A stretch of 64,000 nt of DNA from a virus. The stretch spans positions 1-64,000 of the IMG/VR virus record IMGVR_UViG_3300036818_000088. The stretch is one strand, 5' to 3'. Positions 1-7,856 of this stretch are shown here, in pieces. Each line of letters opens with the position of its first letter. Position 1 is the stretch's first letter. The notes under the pieces were generated by a model. The model ran no database searches. It was not told where the DNA came from and saw only the letters and a program-made list of their open reading frames with translations. A program made the position numbers and the translations under genes.

Positions 1-32
1 CAGAGCGGCGCGCAGGGCTTTCAGTGGGTTCT

Positions 33-320
33 TCATGATCCCTCCTCGGGAAAGGCGTGGTCGAAGGCGGCTGCGCACGTTCCCGCTGCCTCCCCTCTGT
101 GGGCACCTGGGTTCGGGCAGTCCTCCCAGAATGGCGGTCCTCCCTGTCCTTCGCCCTCGTAGACGAACTTCGCTGCTGCCTCTGTCGCCTCGTCGGAAAT
201 CACCCGCTCCCGCACCTTCGGTAGCACGGCTTCGAGGGCGACGCGCATACGCGGCCCTTGGTTCTCTGGCAGGCCCGCTGACTTCACGGCCGCCTCGACC
301 AACTCGTCCGGCACCTTCAT
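33..320 (-). CDS. Hypothetical phage protein (EAAAK..YE family), first gene of a leftward operon
   Basis: ATG at 320 follows SD AGGAGGAGG; stop overlaps the ATG (36) of a further leftward ORF that runs off the window. Confidence 0.7.
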   Translation of the reverse strand: MKVPDELVEAAVKSAGLPENQGPRMRVALEAVLPKVRERVISDEATEAAAKFVYEGEGQGGPPFWEDCPNPGAHRGEAAGTCAAAFDHAFPEEGS

Positions 321-334
321 CGCAACCTCCTCCT

Positions 335-379
335 GATCGGGTGTACCCGCTGAGCCTAGCATAGACTGAAGGAACTTCA
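335..379 (-). promoter_or_regulatory. Leftward promoter: TGAA-N5-TTCA palindrome, TGC-TAGGCT extended -10, TACACCCGATC leader box
   Basis: Minus strand reads TGAAGTTCCTTCA gtcta TGCTAGGCT cagcggg TACACCCGATC AGGAGGAGG. Confidence 0.8.
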
Positions 380-428
380 TCTAGCTCCCTTGCGGGATGG
401 CTCTGCCAAAGGGCTTAGACTCCCCGCC

Positions 429-1076
429 GTGGAGAACGGGAAACTGCCGAAGTCCGCTCTGGCACCGATTCCAGGCGGGGAACTCGCGAAGGATGCCGCA
501 GCGGCTTGGAACGCTCCTGGCGGGCCTGCCGACGCCGGACTGCGGCCGACCGGCTCACAATCGAGCTACCGGACCTATGACGAGCAGGTCGCGCTCTACA
601 AGCTCTACCAGGAAGGCAGGGGCAATCTCGCTGCGGTTCCCGGCACCTCCAACCACGGATGGGGGGTCGCGGTCGATCTCGCCGAAACGTGGATGCGGAC
701 TTGGATGGATGAGCATGGGGCCGCCTTTGGCTGGCGCAAGACCGAAGCTTTCAGTGAGTGGTGGCACGTTAATTACGACGGCTCCAAGCACTTCCCGACC
801 TTCGAGACCCTGAAGCGAGGATCGAAGGGCAAGCGCGTCAAGCACTTCACCAAGCGCCTCGCCTTCATCCACCGTCCCAACGGTGCCGCCTACCTGAAGA
901 GAGCCCCCGGCCGCTATGGCAAACGGGTCGAGGTCGCCGTGGGCGCCTTCCAGCTCAATCACGATCTCCGTGCAGATGGCGAGATCGGCCCGAAGACCGC
1001 CGCCAAGATCGACGCTGTCTTCCATAGGCAATATCGCGAGCGGCACAAAGCTCAGCCGCGAGGCCAGCACCGATGA
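429..1076 (+). CDS. Endolysin: M15/VanY-type D,D-peptidase plus C-terminal peptidoglycan-binding domain
   Basis: SYRTYDEQ, PGTSNHGWGVAVD, EWWH motifs; LKRGSKG..AFQ..HDLRADGEIGPKT; probable leaderless GTG 7 nt after TAGACT (416-421). Confidence 0.88.
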   Translation: MENGKLPKSALAPIPGGELAKDAAAAWNAPGGPADAGLRPTGSQSSYRTYDEQVALYKLYQEGRGNLAAVPGTSNHGWGVAVDLAETWMRTWMDEHGAAFGWRKTEAFSEWWHVNYDGSKHFPTFETLKRGSKGKRVKHFTKRLAFIHRPNGAAYLKRAPGRYGKRVEVAVGAFQLNHDLRADGEIGPKTAAKIDAVFHRQYRERHKAQPRGQHR

Positions 1077-1513
1077 GCACGGCAATCCTCGACCGCTTCA
1101 TGTCCAAGGTCGTCTTGAACGGAGGCGAGGACGAGTGCTGGACGTGGGCTGGCTATGTGATGCCGAATGGCTATGGGCAACACTCAATCAAGGGCAAGCA
1201 TGTCTATGCGCATCGTCTTTCCCATGAACTCTTCATTGGCCCGATCCCCGATGGCCTTCAGATCGACCATCTCTGTCGCAACCGCGCCTGCGTCAATCCG
1301 GCGCATCTTGAGGCCGTGACGAATCGGGAGAATCAGCTTCGTAGCGAGAAGACGCTTATCTCAAAGGCCCTTGCGACAACCCATTGCCCGAAGGGCCATC
1401 CCTACAGCCGAGAGAACACCTTTCTTCACTCCGATGGAAGCCGGAGGTGTCGTGAATGCGGGCGGGAAGCATGCCGCGCATATAGGGCAACACAGAAGCT
1501 GGCGGCAGCATGA
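1073..1513 (+). CDS. HNH homing endonuclease (HNH_3 type) with C-terminal Zn finger
   Basis: CWTW.G, YAHRLSHELFIGPIPDGLQIDHLCRNRACVNPAHLE, THCPKGHPY..RRCREC. Confidence 0.92.
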   Translation: MSTAILDRFMSKVVLNGGEDECWTWAGYVMPNGYGQHSIKGKHVYAHRLSHELFIGPIPDGLQIDHLCRNRACVNPAHLEAVTNRENQLRSEKTLISKALATTHCPKGHPYSRENTFLHSDGSRRCRECGREACRAYRATQKLAAA

Positions 1514-1977
1514 AAAGACGATGGAGCCTTCTCTGGGCAGCTCGCTTTGTCTCAGTCTGGGAGGGCTTCAGCCCCGTTGCCTATTTGGACATAATTGCGG
1601 TGCCTGCGATTTACACCTTGGGCTACGGGCATACGGGCAATGTCCATGCGGGCGAACGGGTCACGAAAGCGCAGGCGCTTCGCCTTCTCTCGTCTGACCT
1701 TCGGGTCGCGGCCCGAGCCGTCAAGCAGGGCATCCACGTCAAGCTCTCGGTGCGCCAGCGCATGGCTCTGATCGACCTCGCCTTCAACTGCGGCGGCGGC
1801 GCGGTCATCGGCTCGACCCTCGCCGCCAAGCTCAACGCAAAGGACTACAGGGGCGCCGCCGACTGCTTCCTCGAATGGGACCATGCGGGTGGCGTCGTCG
1901 TGCAGGGCCTCAAGAATCGTCGCGAGGCTGAGCGCGCCATGTTCCTGTCCAAGCCAAAGAAGCGGAGGAAGAAATGA
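1510..1977 (+). CDS. Phage lysozyme, GH24 (RrrD/P21-like)
   Basis: WEGFSPVAYLD..YTLGYGHT catalytic region; ALIDLAFNCG; GLKNRREAERAMF. Confidence 0.92.
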   Translation: MKRRWSLLWAARFVSVWEGFSPVAYLDIIAVPAIYTLGYGHTGNVHAGERVTKAQALRLLSSDLRVAARAVKQGIHVKLSVRQRMALIDLAFNCGGGAVIGSTLAAKLNAKDYRGAADCFLEWDHAGGVVVQGLKNRREAERAMFLSKPKKRRKK

Positions 1978-2333
1978 ATACCGATCCGAGTTCCAACATC
2001 AGCCGCTGGGTTACGTTCTTGCTCGGCCCCCTGATCCTGATCGCCAGCGGCTTCGTCGCGATCAAGGCCAAGTCCTGGTTCAACTACGACCTCGCCCCAG
2101 CCGAAGCGGCGGCCTACTTCACGACCATCATCGGCGGGATCGCGGCTGGCGTTGTGACTTGGGTTAGGAATCGCGGCAAATACGAGATCGCCAAAGCGAC
2201 CGGGATCGACGATGCCACCCTCGACCTGATCGCCAGCGCCATCGCCAGCAGGTTGCCGCAGGCCCCGAGTGCGCCATCGTCCGGTGCCGTTGGCCAAGCT
2301 TCAGGGACTCACCCCCTGACGCCGCCGCGCTGA
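1974..2333 (+). CDS. Putative holin (two hydrophobic segments)
   Basis: Two TM-like stretches directly after two lysins. Confidence 0.6.
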   Translation: MNTDPSSNISRWVTFLLGPLILIASGFVAIKAKSWFNYDLAPAEAAAYFTTIIGGIAAGVVTWVRNRGKYEIAKATGIDDATLDLIASAIASRLPQAPSAPSSGAVGQASGTHPLTPPR

Positions 2334-2377
2334 GCACCTGACAGGCGAAGTCGCGGCGCTGCTGTAACCTTGCCGGC

Positions 2378-2448
2378 GTAGGCATCGGATGCACGATCGG
2401 GTGTAATCGAAGCCATGGCGGGCGCCTTCGGGCGCCCGTCGTCTTTCT
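2378..2448 (+). ncRNA. Putative antisense small RNA (~70 nt) with exposed GAUCGG loop
   Basis: -10 TAACCT at 2365-2370; hairpin 2381-2414 with loop 2395-2400; terminator follows; seed GATCGGGTGTA is the reverse complement of the leader box at seven promoters. Confidence 0.7.
2415..2448 (+). terminator. Intrinsic terminator
   Basis: 12-bp stem ATGGCGGGCGCC / GGCGCCCGTCGT, cUUCGg loop, then CTTTCT. Confidence 0.8.
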
Positions 2449-2452
2449 AGGG

Positions 2453-2480
2453 TGGTAAGGTCCTTCACCACACCCGATCA
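2453..2480 (+). promoter_or_regulatory. Promoter of recombination operon with ACACCCGATC leader box
   Basis: TGG-TAAGGT (2453-2461), degenerate palindrome GTAAGGTCCTTCA, box 2470-2479, SD AAGGAGG. Confidence 0.75.
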
Positions 2481-2497
2481 GCTACAAGGAGGCCCCA

Positions 2498-3733
2498 TTG
2501 CCAGAGAAGACCGATCAGCCCGCGAGCACCGACCTCGCAGAGCGCGAGCCTTCCGCTGCCAACCCGCTCGCCCTGATCGACGACACCTTCACCAAAGACG
2601 AGGTCGGCGCGATAGCCAAGTTCATCGGCGTCTCTGCCGAGGACCCCGGCTTCCGCCCCTTCCTCGCCGTCGCCGCCTCGATGGGCCTCTCGCCGCTTAA
2701 CAGCGAGATCTGGCTGATTAAGGGCCGCCGCGAAGTAGGCGGCAAATGGGAGGATTTCTACCGCCCCGCCGCTGGCCGCGATGGCTTCCTGCGCAAGGCC
2801 GAAGAATCGCCGAAGTTCAGGGGCATCCGCTCCAACACCGTCTGCGCCAACGACACCTTCGAGGTCGAAGACGACGGCGAGGAGGTCAAGATGGTCCATC
2901 GCTTCAAGTCACTCAGCCCCAACGCCCCCAAAGGCAAGGAGGCTCGCTACCGAGGCCCCGTCATCGGCGCCTGGGCCAAGGTCTTCTTCCGCGACGGGCG
3001 CCCACCGCTCTTCTACTTCGCCCCTGCCCACGAGCACGTCAAGACGAAGGTCAAGGATGGCAACGTCGAATTCGCCGGCGCTTGGTCCTACACCTCGGCA
3101 ATGTGCGAGAAGGCCGCCCAGTCACGAGTGCTGCGCCTCGCCTTCCGCATCACCGGCATCGTCCCCGTCGATGAGCTGCGCTCCGATGATCCGCAGATGG
3201 TCGCCAGCTCGACCACTGCCACCGATGCCGACGGCGAGTCGATCGCCGATGATCCCGGTCCTAAGAACGCCGAGTTCATTGACGGCCTTGAGCAGGTGCC
3301 CGAGGAGCTGCGCAAGGAGCTGACCATCGCCCTCGAGCAGCTCAACGAGCTGATCCCCTTCTCTTGGACCCCCGCCAAGGTGCGAATGCGGCTAGGGTCG
3401 GGCTGCGATGAGGAGAAAGCCCGCGCCGTGCTTGAGGAGGTCGAAGCCGAGTTCAAGGCTCTGCGCGACAAGCAGGCCGAGCGCGAGGCCCGCGAAGTCG
3501 AGTCCGTCGAGGAGGCCGTGCAGGTCGTCTTGGCCCGCGATATCAAGCCGCCAGTCGAGCTTCTATACGAAGTGGATGTGGGCGAGCACGATTGGGTGCT
3601 GATCGAAGATGCGGTATTCGATCAGGAAGCTGCGCGCATGGTCCTCAAGACAGAGATGGGCGAAAAGACATTCAGCCCAACCGACGAGTTGGAAGTCCGC
3701 TCGCCACAGGACGCCAGCCCCGACGAGGGCTGA
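2498..3733 (+). CDS. recT: RecT/Bet-family single-strand annealing protein
   Basis: GLSPLNSEIWLI, GRDGFLRKA, IGAWAKV, AMCEKAAQSRVLRLAF; TTG start after AGGAGG; exonuclease partner downstream. Confidence 0.85.
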   Translation: MPEKTDQPASTDLAEREPSAANPLALIDDTFTKDEVGAIAKFIGVSAEDPGFRPFLAVAASMGLSPLNSEIWLIKGRREVGGKWEDFYRPAAGRDGFLRKAEESPKFRGIRSNTVCANDTFEVEDDGEEVKMVHRFKSLSPNAPKGKEARYRGPVIGAWAKVFFRDGRPPLFYFAPAHEHVKTKVKDGNVEFAGAWSYTSAMCEKAAQSRVLRLAFRITGIVPVDELRSDDPQMVASSTTATDADGESIADDPGPKNAEFIDGLEQVPEELRKELTIALEQLNELIPFSWTPAKVRMRLGSGCDEEKARAVLEEVEAEFKALRDKQAEREAREVESVEEAVQVVLARDIKPPVELLYEVDVGEHDWVLIEDAVFDQEAARMVLKTEMGEKTFSPTDELEVRSPQDASPDEG

Positions 3734-3736
3734 GTC

Positions 3737-3952
3737 GTGCAGATCCAGGTTCTAGCCCTCTACCTCGATGACGAGGGGAGGCCGCTGTGGAACTACAACC
3801 ACATTGAGGCCGTGCCGGCTACCGGCGACGCTGAGCAGATGCTGCTTGCGGCGAGAGGCAAGATCGACGATCATCTGCGCCGGGCCAAAGAGGCCATCGG
3901 CACGCAGGCCGAAGCCGACCTGAAACGCCTCGCCGATGAGGCGAAGCCATGA
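3737..3952 (+). CDS. Hypothetical protein
   Basis: Tightly packed ORF in operon. Confidence 0.6.
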   Translation: MQIQVLALYLDDEGRPLWNYNHIEAVPATGDAEQMLLAARGKIDDHLRRAKEAIGTQAEADLKRLADEAKP

Positions 3953-5184
3953 GCGAGCGCATGATCGCCCCGGTGCCCGAGGGGCCGATGAGCCTCGACG
4001 CGGTGATCGAGGCTCTGCCCAAGGTCCGCCAGTCGCTGCTCTCCAAGTTCGATGATTGCCCGTTGAGTTGCTACTTTGAGCTGCGCTGGGCGCAGGGCTG
4101 GTCGACGCACCCCCAGGCTCGCGGCACGATCTTCCACCGCTTCTGCGCCGAGGCGCTCAAAGAGATGAAAGTGCAGGACTCCGAAGGCATCCCCAAAGGC
4201 GTGGCCTTGGCAATCTTGGAGGAGGTGCTCGAGCAGCGCGGCGTCCCGGCTACCGAACGGGTGCGGGTGCCGCTGCGCGAGATCCCCACGCTGCGCATGG
4301 CGGCGATCAAGTTCGCCACCGACAACAGCTTCACGGTCCGCAACATCGTCGATGTCGAGAAGCGGCTGAACGCAAAGCTCAGCTACGTCGATGACGAAGG
4401 GACGGTCCGAGAGCGCGAGCTGACCGGCCAACTCGATGTCCTGGTCGCCGATCCCGACTACGACAAGGGGGCTATATGTGTCGACTTCAAGACGGGGTGG
4501 GGCCTGCCGCCCGAGCGCAATGCCGAGGATCGCGACGCGGCAGAGAAGGGCCTGAGCTACCACGGCTTCTTTCAGCAGCGCTTCTATAGCTGGCTCGTGA
4601 TGCGCAACTACCCCGACATCGACCGCGTGACCCTGCGCGAGTTCTACGTCTACCGCTCCAAAGCCCGCCCTGCGTCCATGCACCGCCGCGACCTCGATCG
4701 CGTCGAGAAGGAACTGAGCGACCTCGTGATGGAGCTCGACCGCTGCATCGCCTCGGGCAAGCCGAAGAAGCTGAGCTTCCCAGAGGTCTCGCCGTGGAAT
4801 CCCCAGCCCGGCAAGTCGTGTACCTGGTGCGTGGCCGGCCATCGCTGCCCGATCGAAGCCGATGTTCGCGAGGCGATAGCCGTACGCAGCCCTCAGGAGG
4901 CCGGAGAGGCCGTCGAGCGCCTGCAGGTCGCTGAAGCCGTCCGCAAATCTCACCGCGCCGCCCTGCGCCCCTGGGTTGAGGAGCACGGCCCGCAGGTCGC
5001 TCGCCATTCCAAGGGGAGGCTGCACTTCGGGCTCAAGACGAATACAGCCGGTGTGCCTGAATTGAGATTCTTCACGTCCCCTGGGAGTGACCGCGCTCCC
5101 TCGCGCAAAAAGGAAGACAAGGCTCTCGAGGACGCCATGCGCCGCTCGATTGAGACGGCGAAAGAGGAGAGGGAGGCAAGCTGA
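3949..5184 (+). CDS. PD-(D/E)XK (RecB/AddB-like) exonuclease, probable Fe-S cysteines
   Basis: DCP, GTIFH, VEK, GQLDVL, VDFKTG, Q..FY, CTWC..C. Confidence 0.85.
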   Translation: MSERMIAPVPEGPMSLDAVIEALPKVRQSLLSKFDDCPLSCYFELRWAQGWSTHPQARGTIFHRFCAEALKEMKVQDSEGIPKGVALAILEEVLEQRGVPATERVRVPLREIPTLRMAAIKFATDNSFTVRNIVDVEKRLNAKLSYVDDEGTVRERELTGQLDVLVADPDYDKGAICVDFKTGWGLPPERNAEDRDAAEKGLSYHGFFQQRFYSWLVMRNYPDIDRVTLREFYVYRSKARPASMHRRDLDRVEKELSDLVMELDRCIASGKPKKLSFPEVSPWNPQPGKSCTWCVAGHRCPIEADVREAIAVRSPQEAGEAVERLQVAEAVRKSHRAALRPWVEEHGPQVARHSKGRLHFGLKTNTAGVPELRFFTSPGSDRAPSRKKEDKALEDAMRRSIETAKEEREAS

Positions 5185-5378
5185 TGGCACAGGCCACATC
5201 GACAAAGCCCCTAGAAGTCGAGCTAATGGTTTGTCCCGTCTGCCGCTCCATCGACAAGCTCGCCGGTGCCTCTCATCTCGGCGTCAAGGGCTTCTGCGTC
5301 GGGCCGATGGGCAAAGGACACAAAAGAGCCCGCAGGGAGCCTGCGCAGTTCAAAGAGGTGGTCTCAGAGCAATGCTGA
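5184..5378 (+). CDS. Small Cys/His Zn-ribbon-like protein, copy 1
   Basis: CPVC..C..H; paralog of 5763-5957. Confidence 0.7.
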   Translation: MAQATSTKPLEVELMVCPVCRSIDKLAGASHLGVKGFCVGPMGKGHKRARREPAQFKEVVSEQC

Positions 5379-5563
5379 TCGGCACCCTGATCTTCGTGGC
5401 CGTCGCCGCTGCGCTCTTCGCCAGCGATCTCTTCTGGGAACTCGTCACCGGGCTTGCCCTGGTCGTCTTCGTCATCGGCGCAGTCCGTCTTGAACCAGCC
5501 CCGGCTCTGACCGCCTTGGCGCTGCTCTGCGGCTGCATCTGGCACTGGGGGAGGATGGCCTGA
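5372..5563 (+). CDS. Small membrane protein
   Basis: MLIGTLIFVAVAAALF..; highly hydrophobic; follows GAGG. Confidence 0.6.
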   Translation: MLIGTLIFVAVAAALFASDLFWELVTGLALVVFVIGAVRLEPAPALTALALLCGCIWHWGRMA

Positions 5564-5763
5564 TGCCCCGCGAAGATCAAAGCTTCGCCTTCTGCGGCTC
5601 CCAGAATGACAAAAAGGCCATCAGAGCTATCGCCCAAATAATCTACAAAGCGGGTTGCGTTTGTGCCGCAAAGATCGAGGTCACGCGCCAGGACAGCGAA
5701 CATGGGACGGCAATAGTCACTCATGAGGATTGCTGCCCGCTGGCGCGTGGGGAGGAGCGCTGA
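5563..5763 (+). CDS. Hypothetical protein (CxC..H..C)
   Basis: TGATG coupling at both ends; GCVC..VTHEDCCPL resembles 27224-27469. Confidence 0.6.
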   Translation: MPREDQSFAFCGSQNDKKAIRAIAQIIYKAGCVCAAKIEVTRQDSEHGTAIVTHEDCCPLARGEER

Positions 5764-5957
5764 TGGCGCAGGCCACGACCACCAAACCGCTCGAAATCGA
5801 CCTTCTCGTGTGCCCGACCTGCCGCACCGTCGACAAGCTCGCCGACGCCACAGCCCTCGGCATCAAGGGCTACTGCGTCGGCTCAGACACCGAGAGGCAC
5901 CCGAGGGTCCGCAGGGAGCCTGCGCGGTTCAGGGAGGTGGCTTCGGATGACCAATGA
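5763..5957 (+). CDS. Small Zn-ribbon-like protein, copy 2
   Basis: MAQATTTKPLEIDLLVCPTC.., close paralog of 5184-5378. Confidence 0.7.
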   Translation: MAQATTTKPLEIDLLVCPTCRTVDKLADATALGIKGYCVGSDTERHPRVRREPARFREVASDDQ

Positions 5958-6126
5958 GAACCGGAAAGCGCTAGCCAGGATACTGCTAGCGGTGTCGCTA
6001 TGGGCGGCGGGCTTGGGGATTTACTTCCTCCTCTCGCACGGCTCTCCGCGTGAATTTGGGATAGCAATGTCGGCGATTCTGGTCAGCATGGGGACCTCCA
6101 TCCTCTTCGACGAGAGGGAGGAGTAG
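5947..6126 (+). CDS. Small membrane protein (59 aa, absent from ORF track)
   Basis: MTNENRKALARILLAVSLWAAGLGIYFLL..; SD GGAGG. Confidence 0.55.
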   Translation: MTNENRKALARILLAVSLWAAGLGIYFLLSHGSPREFGIAMSAILVSMGTSILFDEREE

Positions 6127-6131
6127 CGCTG

Positions 6132-6323
6132 ATGGTGGTCTACGTCCTAATCCAAGGCATGTATGAGAACGAATACCCGACGGGTGTCTATGCAAGCGCG
6201 CTAGACGCGATGGACTCCGCGATGGGCAACTGGAGCGGAGACAAGGGTCGTTGGACGAATGATCTGGACTGGGACGATGCTGCTGAAGTCGTTGGCTATG
6301 TGGTGCGCGAGGAGGCCGACTGA
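6132..6323 (+). CDS. Hypothetical acidic protein
   Basis: VYVL..GVYAS motif common in small phage ORFs; coupled to next gene. Confidence 0.55.
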   Translation: MVVYVLIQGMYENEYPTGVYASALDAMDSAMGNWSGDKGRWTNDLDWDDAAEVVGYVVREEAD

Positions 6324-6973
6324 TGCCCCGCGTCCCCATCGTCCTCACTTGCGAGCTGGGCCACTCTACCGTCATCGGCCACCTATGGGAGCCAGTGAGC
6401 GATAAGGAGATTGACAAGCTGGCCGAACGCAGCGCCTTGCCAGCCGAGTGCGAGTGGCAGGTCGGAGAGTTCAGTGCCGCGAAGGGCGAAGGTTCCGCAA
6501 TGCGCTGCGCGGCGGCTTTTATCGGCCTCCCCCACGTCGAGGGCTGCGACCGCGAAACCGAGCAGCTCGCCCGCATCGGCGGCCAGAACGTCCGCACCCC
6601 CTTGCGCTCAAGCCCCAAGGAGCGCCCCCCTGAGGGGCCTCTGACGCCTTCTGAGTGGCGACGGCGTGTCTGGGACCGCCAGCGCGAGAAACCCGGTCTC
6701 CCGGCTCTGTGCGCCGTCACAGGGGAGCCTCTGAGCTGGAATGCAGACGAGGTCCATCACCCGCTCGACAAGCGCCTCCTGCGGGCCAAGGGCCTCTCTC
6801 ACCGCATCTGGGACGAGCGCAACGGCATGGCCGTCAAGCGGCAGGTCCATCTCGACCACACTTCACGGATGCGTCCGATCCCTCGGCGCTTCGTGCCGGC
6901 GAGCGCTTTTGAGTTCGCCAGGGAGATCGGCCTTTGGGCCATCGCCCGCCTCAACGAAGACCATCCCGAATAG
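6323..6973 (+). CDS. HNH-like nuclease domain protein
   Basis: WRRRVWDR..CAVTG..EVHHP..WDERNGMAV..H. Confidence 0.55.
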   Translation: MPRVPIVLTCELGHSTVIGHLWEPVSDKEIDKLAERSALPAECEWQVGEFSAAKGEGSAMRCAAAFIGLPHVEGCDRETEQLARIGGQNVRTPLRSSPKERPPEGPLTPSEWRRRVWDRQREKPGLPALCAVTGEPLSWNADEVHHPLDKRLLRAKGLSHRIWDERNGMAVKRQVHLDHTSRMRPIPRRFVPASAFEFAREIGLWAIARLNEDHPE

Positions 6974-6987
6974 AAAAGGAGCAGCAC

Positions 6988-7503
6988 ATGGCAGAGCAGC
7001 AACCGCCGGAGGGCCACGAAGGAGCACCGAAGGCCCACGATGGCGCAGAGAACGGCAACGGGAAGTCGATCGCCCAGCAGGCCGATCAGCCGCCCGTGCC
7101 CGAGGTATCGCCCACTCCGCTGGGCAACGAGAAGCAGATGCCGATCCCGAGCCTCTCCGGCGGGCGGCGCAAGCCGCCGGTCAAGGCCCGGATCATCATC
7201 ACGGCCGCAGCAGCCCCGGCGAGGGGACAGGTTTCCATCGAAGGCGAGCAACTGCTGATCTCGCGCGTCCGCTACTTCAAGGCGACCACGACGCCGCGCT
7301 TCGACGGGGAGGGCCGGGTCGAGTCCTTCGACTATGACCAGACGTTCAAGCCGACCTGGACCGAGGGCCTGCAGGACTTCCTCGACGCCAACGGGCTGAA
7401 GCTTGTGCGCCAAGAGGAGGAAGGCGATGAGGTCGACCCTGGCGACATTGTCGACATCGAGAGGCTGCGCGCTCCGGTCACAGAGGAGGCAATCCCCAGC
7501 TAA
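6988..7503 (+). CDS. Hypothetical protein
   Basis: ATG after AAAGGAG. Confidence 0.6.
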   Translation: MAEQQPPEGHEGAPKAHDGAENGNGKSIAQQADQPPVPEVSPTPLGNEKQMPIPSLSGGRRKPPVKARIIITAAAAPARGQVSIEGEQLLISRVRYFKATTTPRFDGEGRVESFDYDQTFKPTWTEGLQDFLDANGLKLVRQEEEGDEVDPGDIVDIERLRAPVTEEAIPS

Positions 7504-7512
7504 CCTCTCTCG

Positions 7513-7847
7513 CCCTGGCTCGGACGGGGCCATCGGGTGCTAACGCCACATGTTCGGCGTAGCCCGAGAAGCCGCTAGCGCGGAGTCGTCACAGCTAGCG
7601 AACAAAAGGGGGCCGGAAGCGCTGAATGCACCGCAGAGATTCGCGATGCATGGGAGGTCAGCGTTCCCGGCCCCACAAGATCGTAGCGGCATAGACCTGA
7701 GAAAAGGAGAGGCCGAGGCGCGGTCGAACTTCGGAAAGTCCGGTGTCCTCATTGAGAACGGCGCCTCGGCCCAAGACGAACTCGGCTACTATAGCCGCCG
7801 TCGCAGCGGCAAAGCAGTAGGAGAGCCCTTCGGGGTACAAGACGAAC
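7513..7847 (+). ncRNA. Highly structured ~335-nt leader or ncRNA upstream of the replication genes
   Basis: -10 TAACCT 7501-7506; at least six consecutive stems; repeated linker CAAGA(T)CG at 7676, 7772 and 7838. Confidence 0.6.
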
Positions 7848-7856
7848 AGGAGGACA

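Noticed and set aside
3949-5184. Cas4 or CRISPR interpretation
   Set aside because: No array or other cas genes seen; pairing with RecT indicates a recombination exonuclease
3871-5205. 444-aa minus-strand ORF (similarly 46790-47932, 58128-59936, 62234-63205)
   Set aside because: Antisense shadows of strongly GC3-biased + strand genes; no motifs or SD
7733-7788. RNase P-like signatures GGAAAGTCCGG and ACGAACTCGGCTA (P4-like pairing)
   Set aside because: Only ~35 nt apart with no S-domain or P15, and both are explained by local hairpins; kept only as something an Infernal search should test
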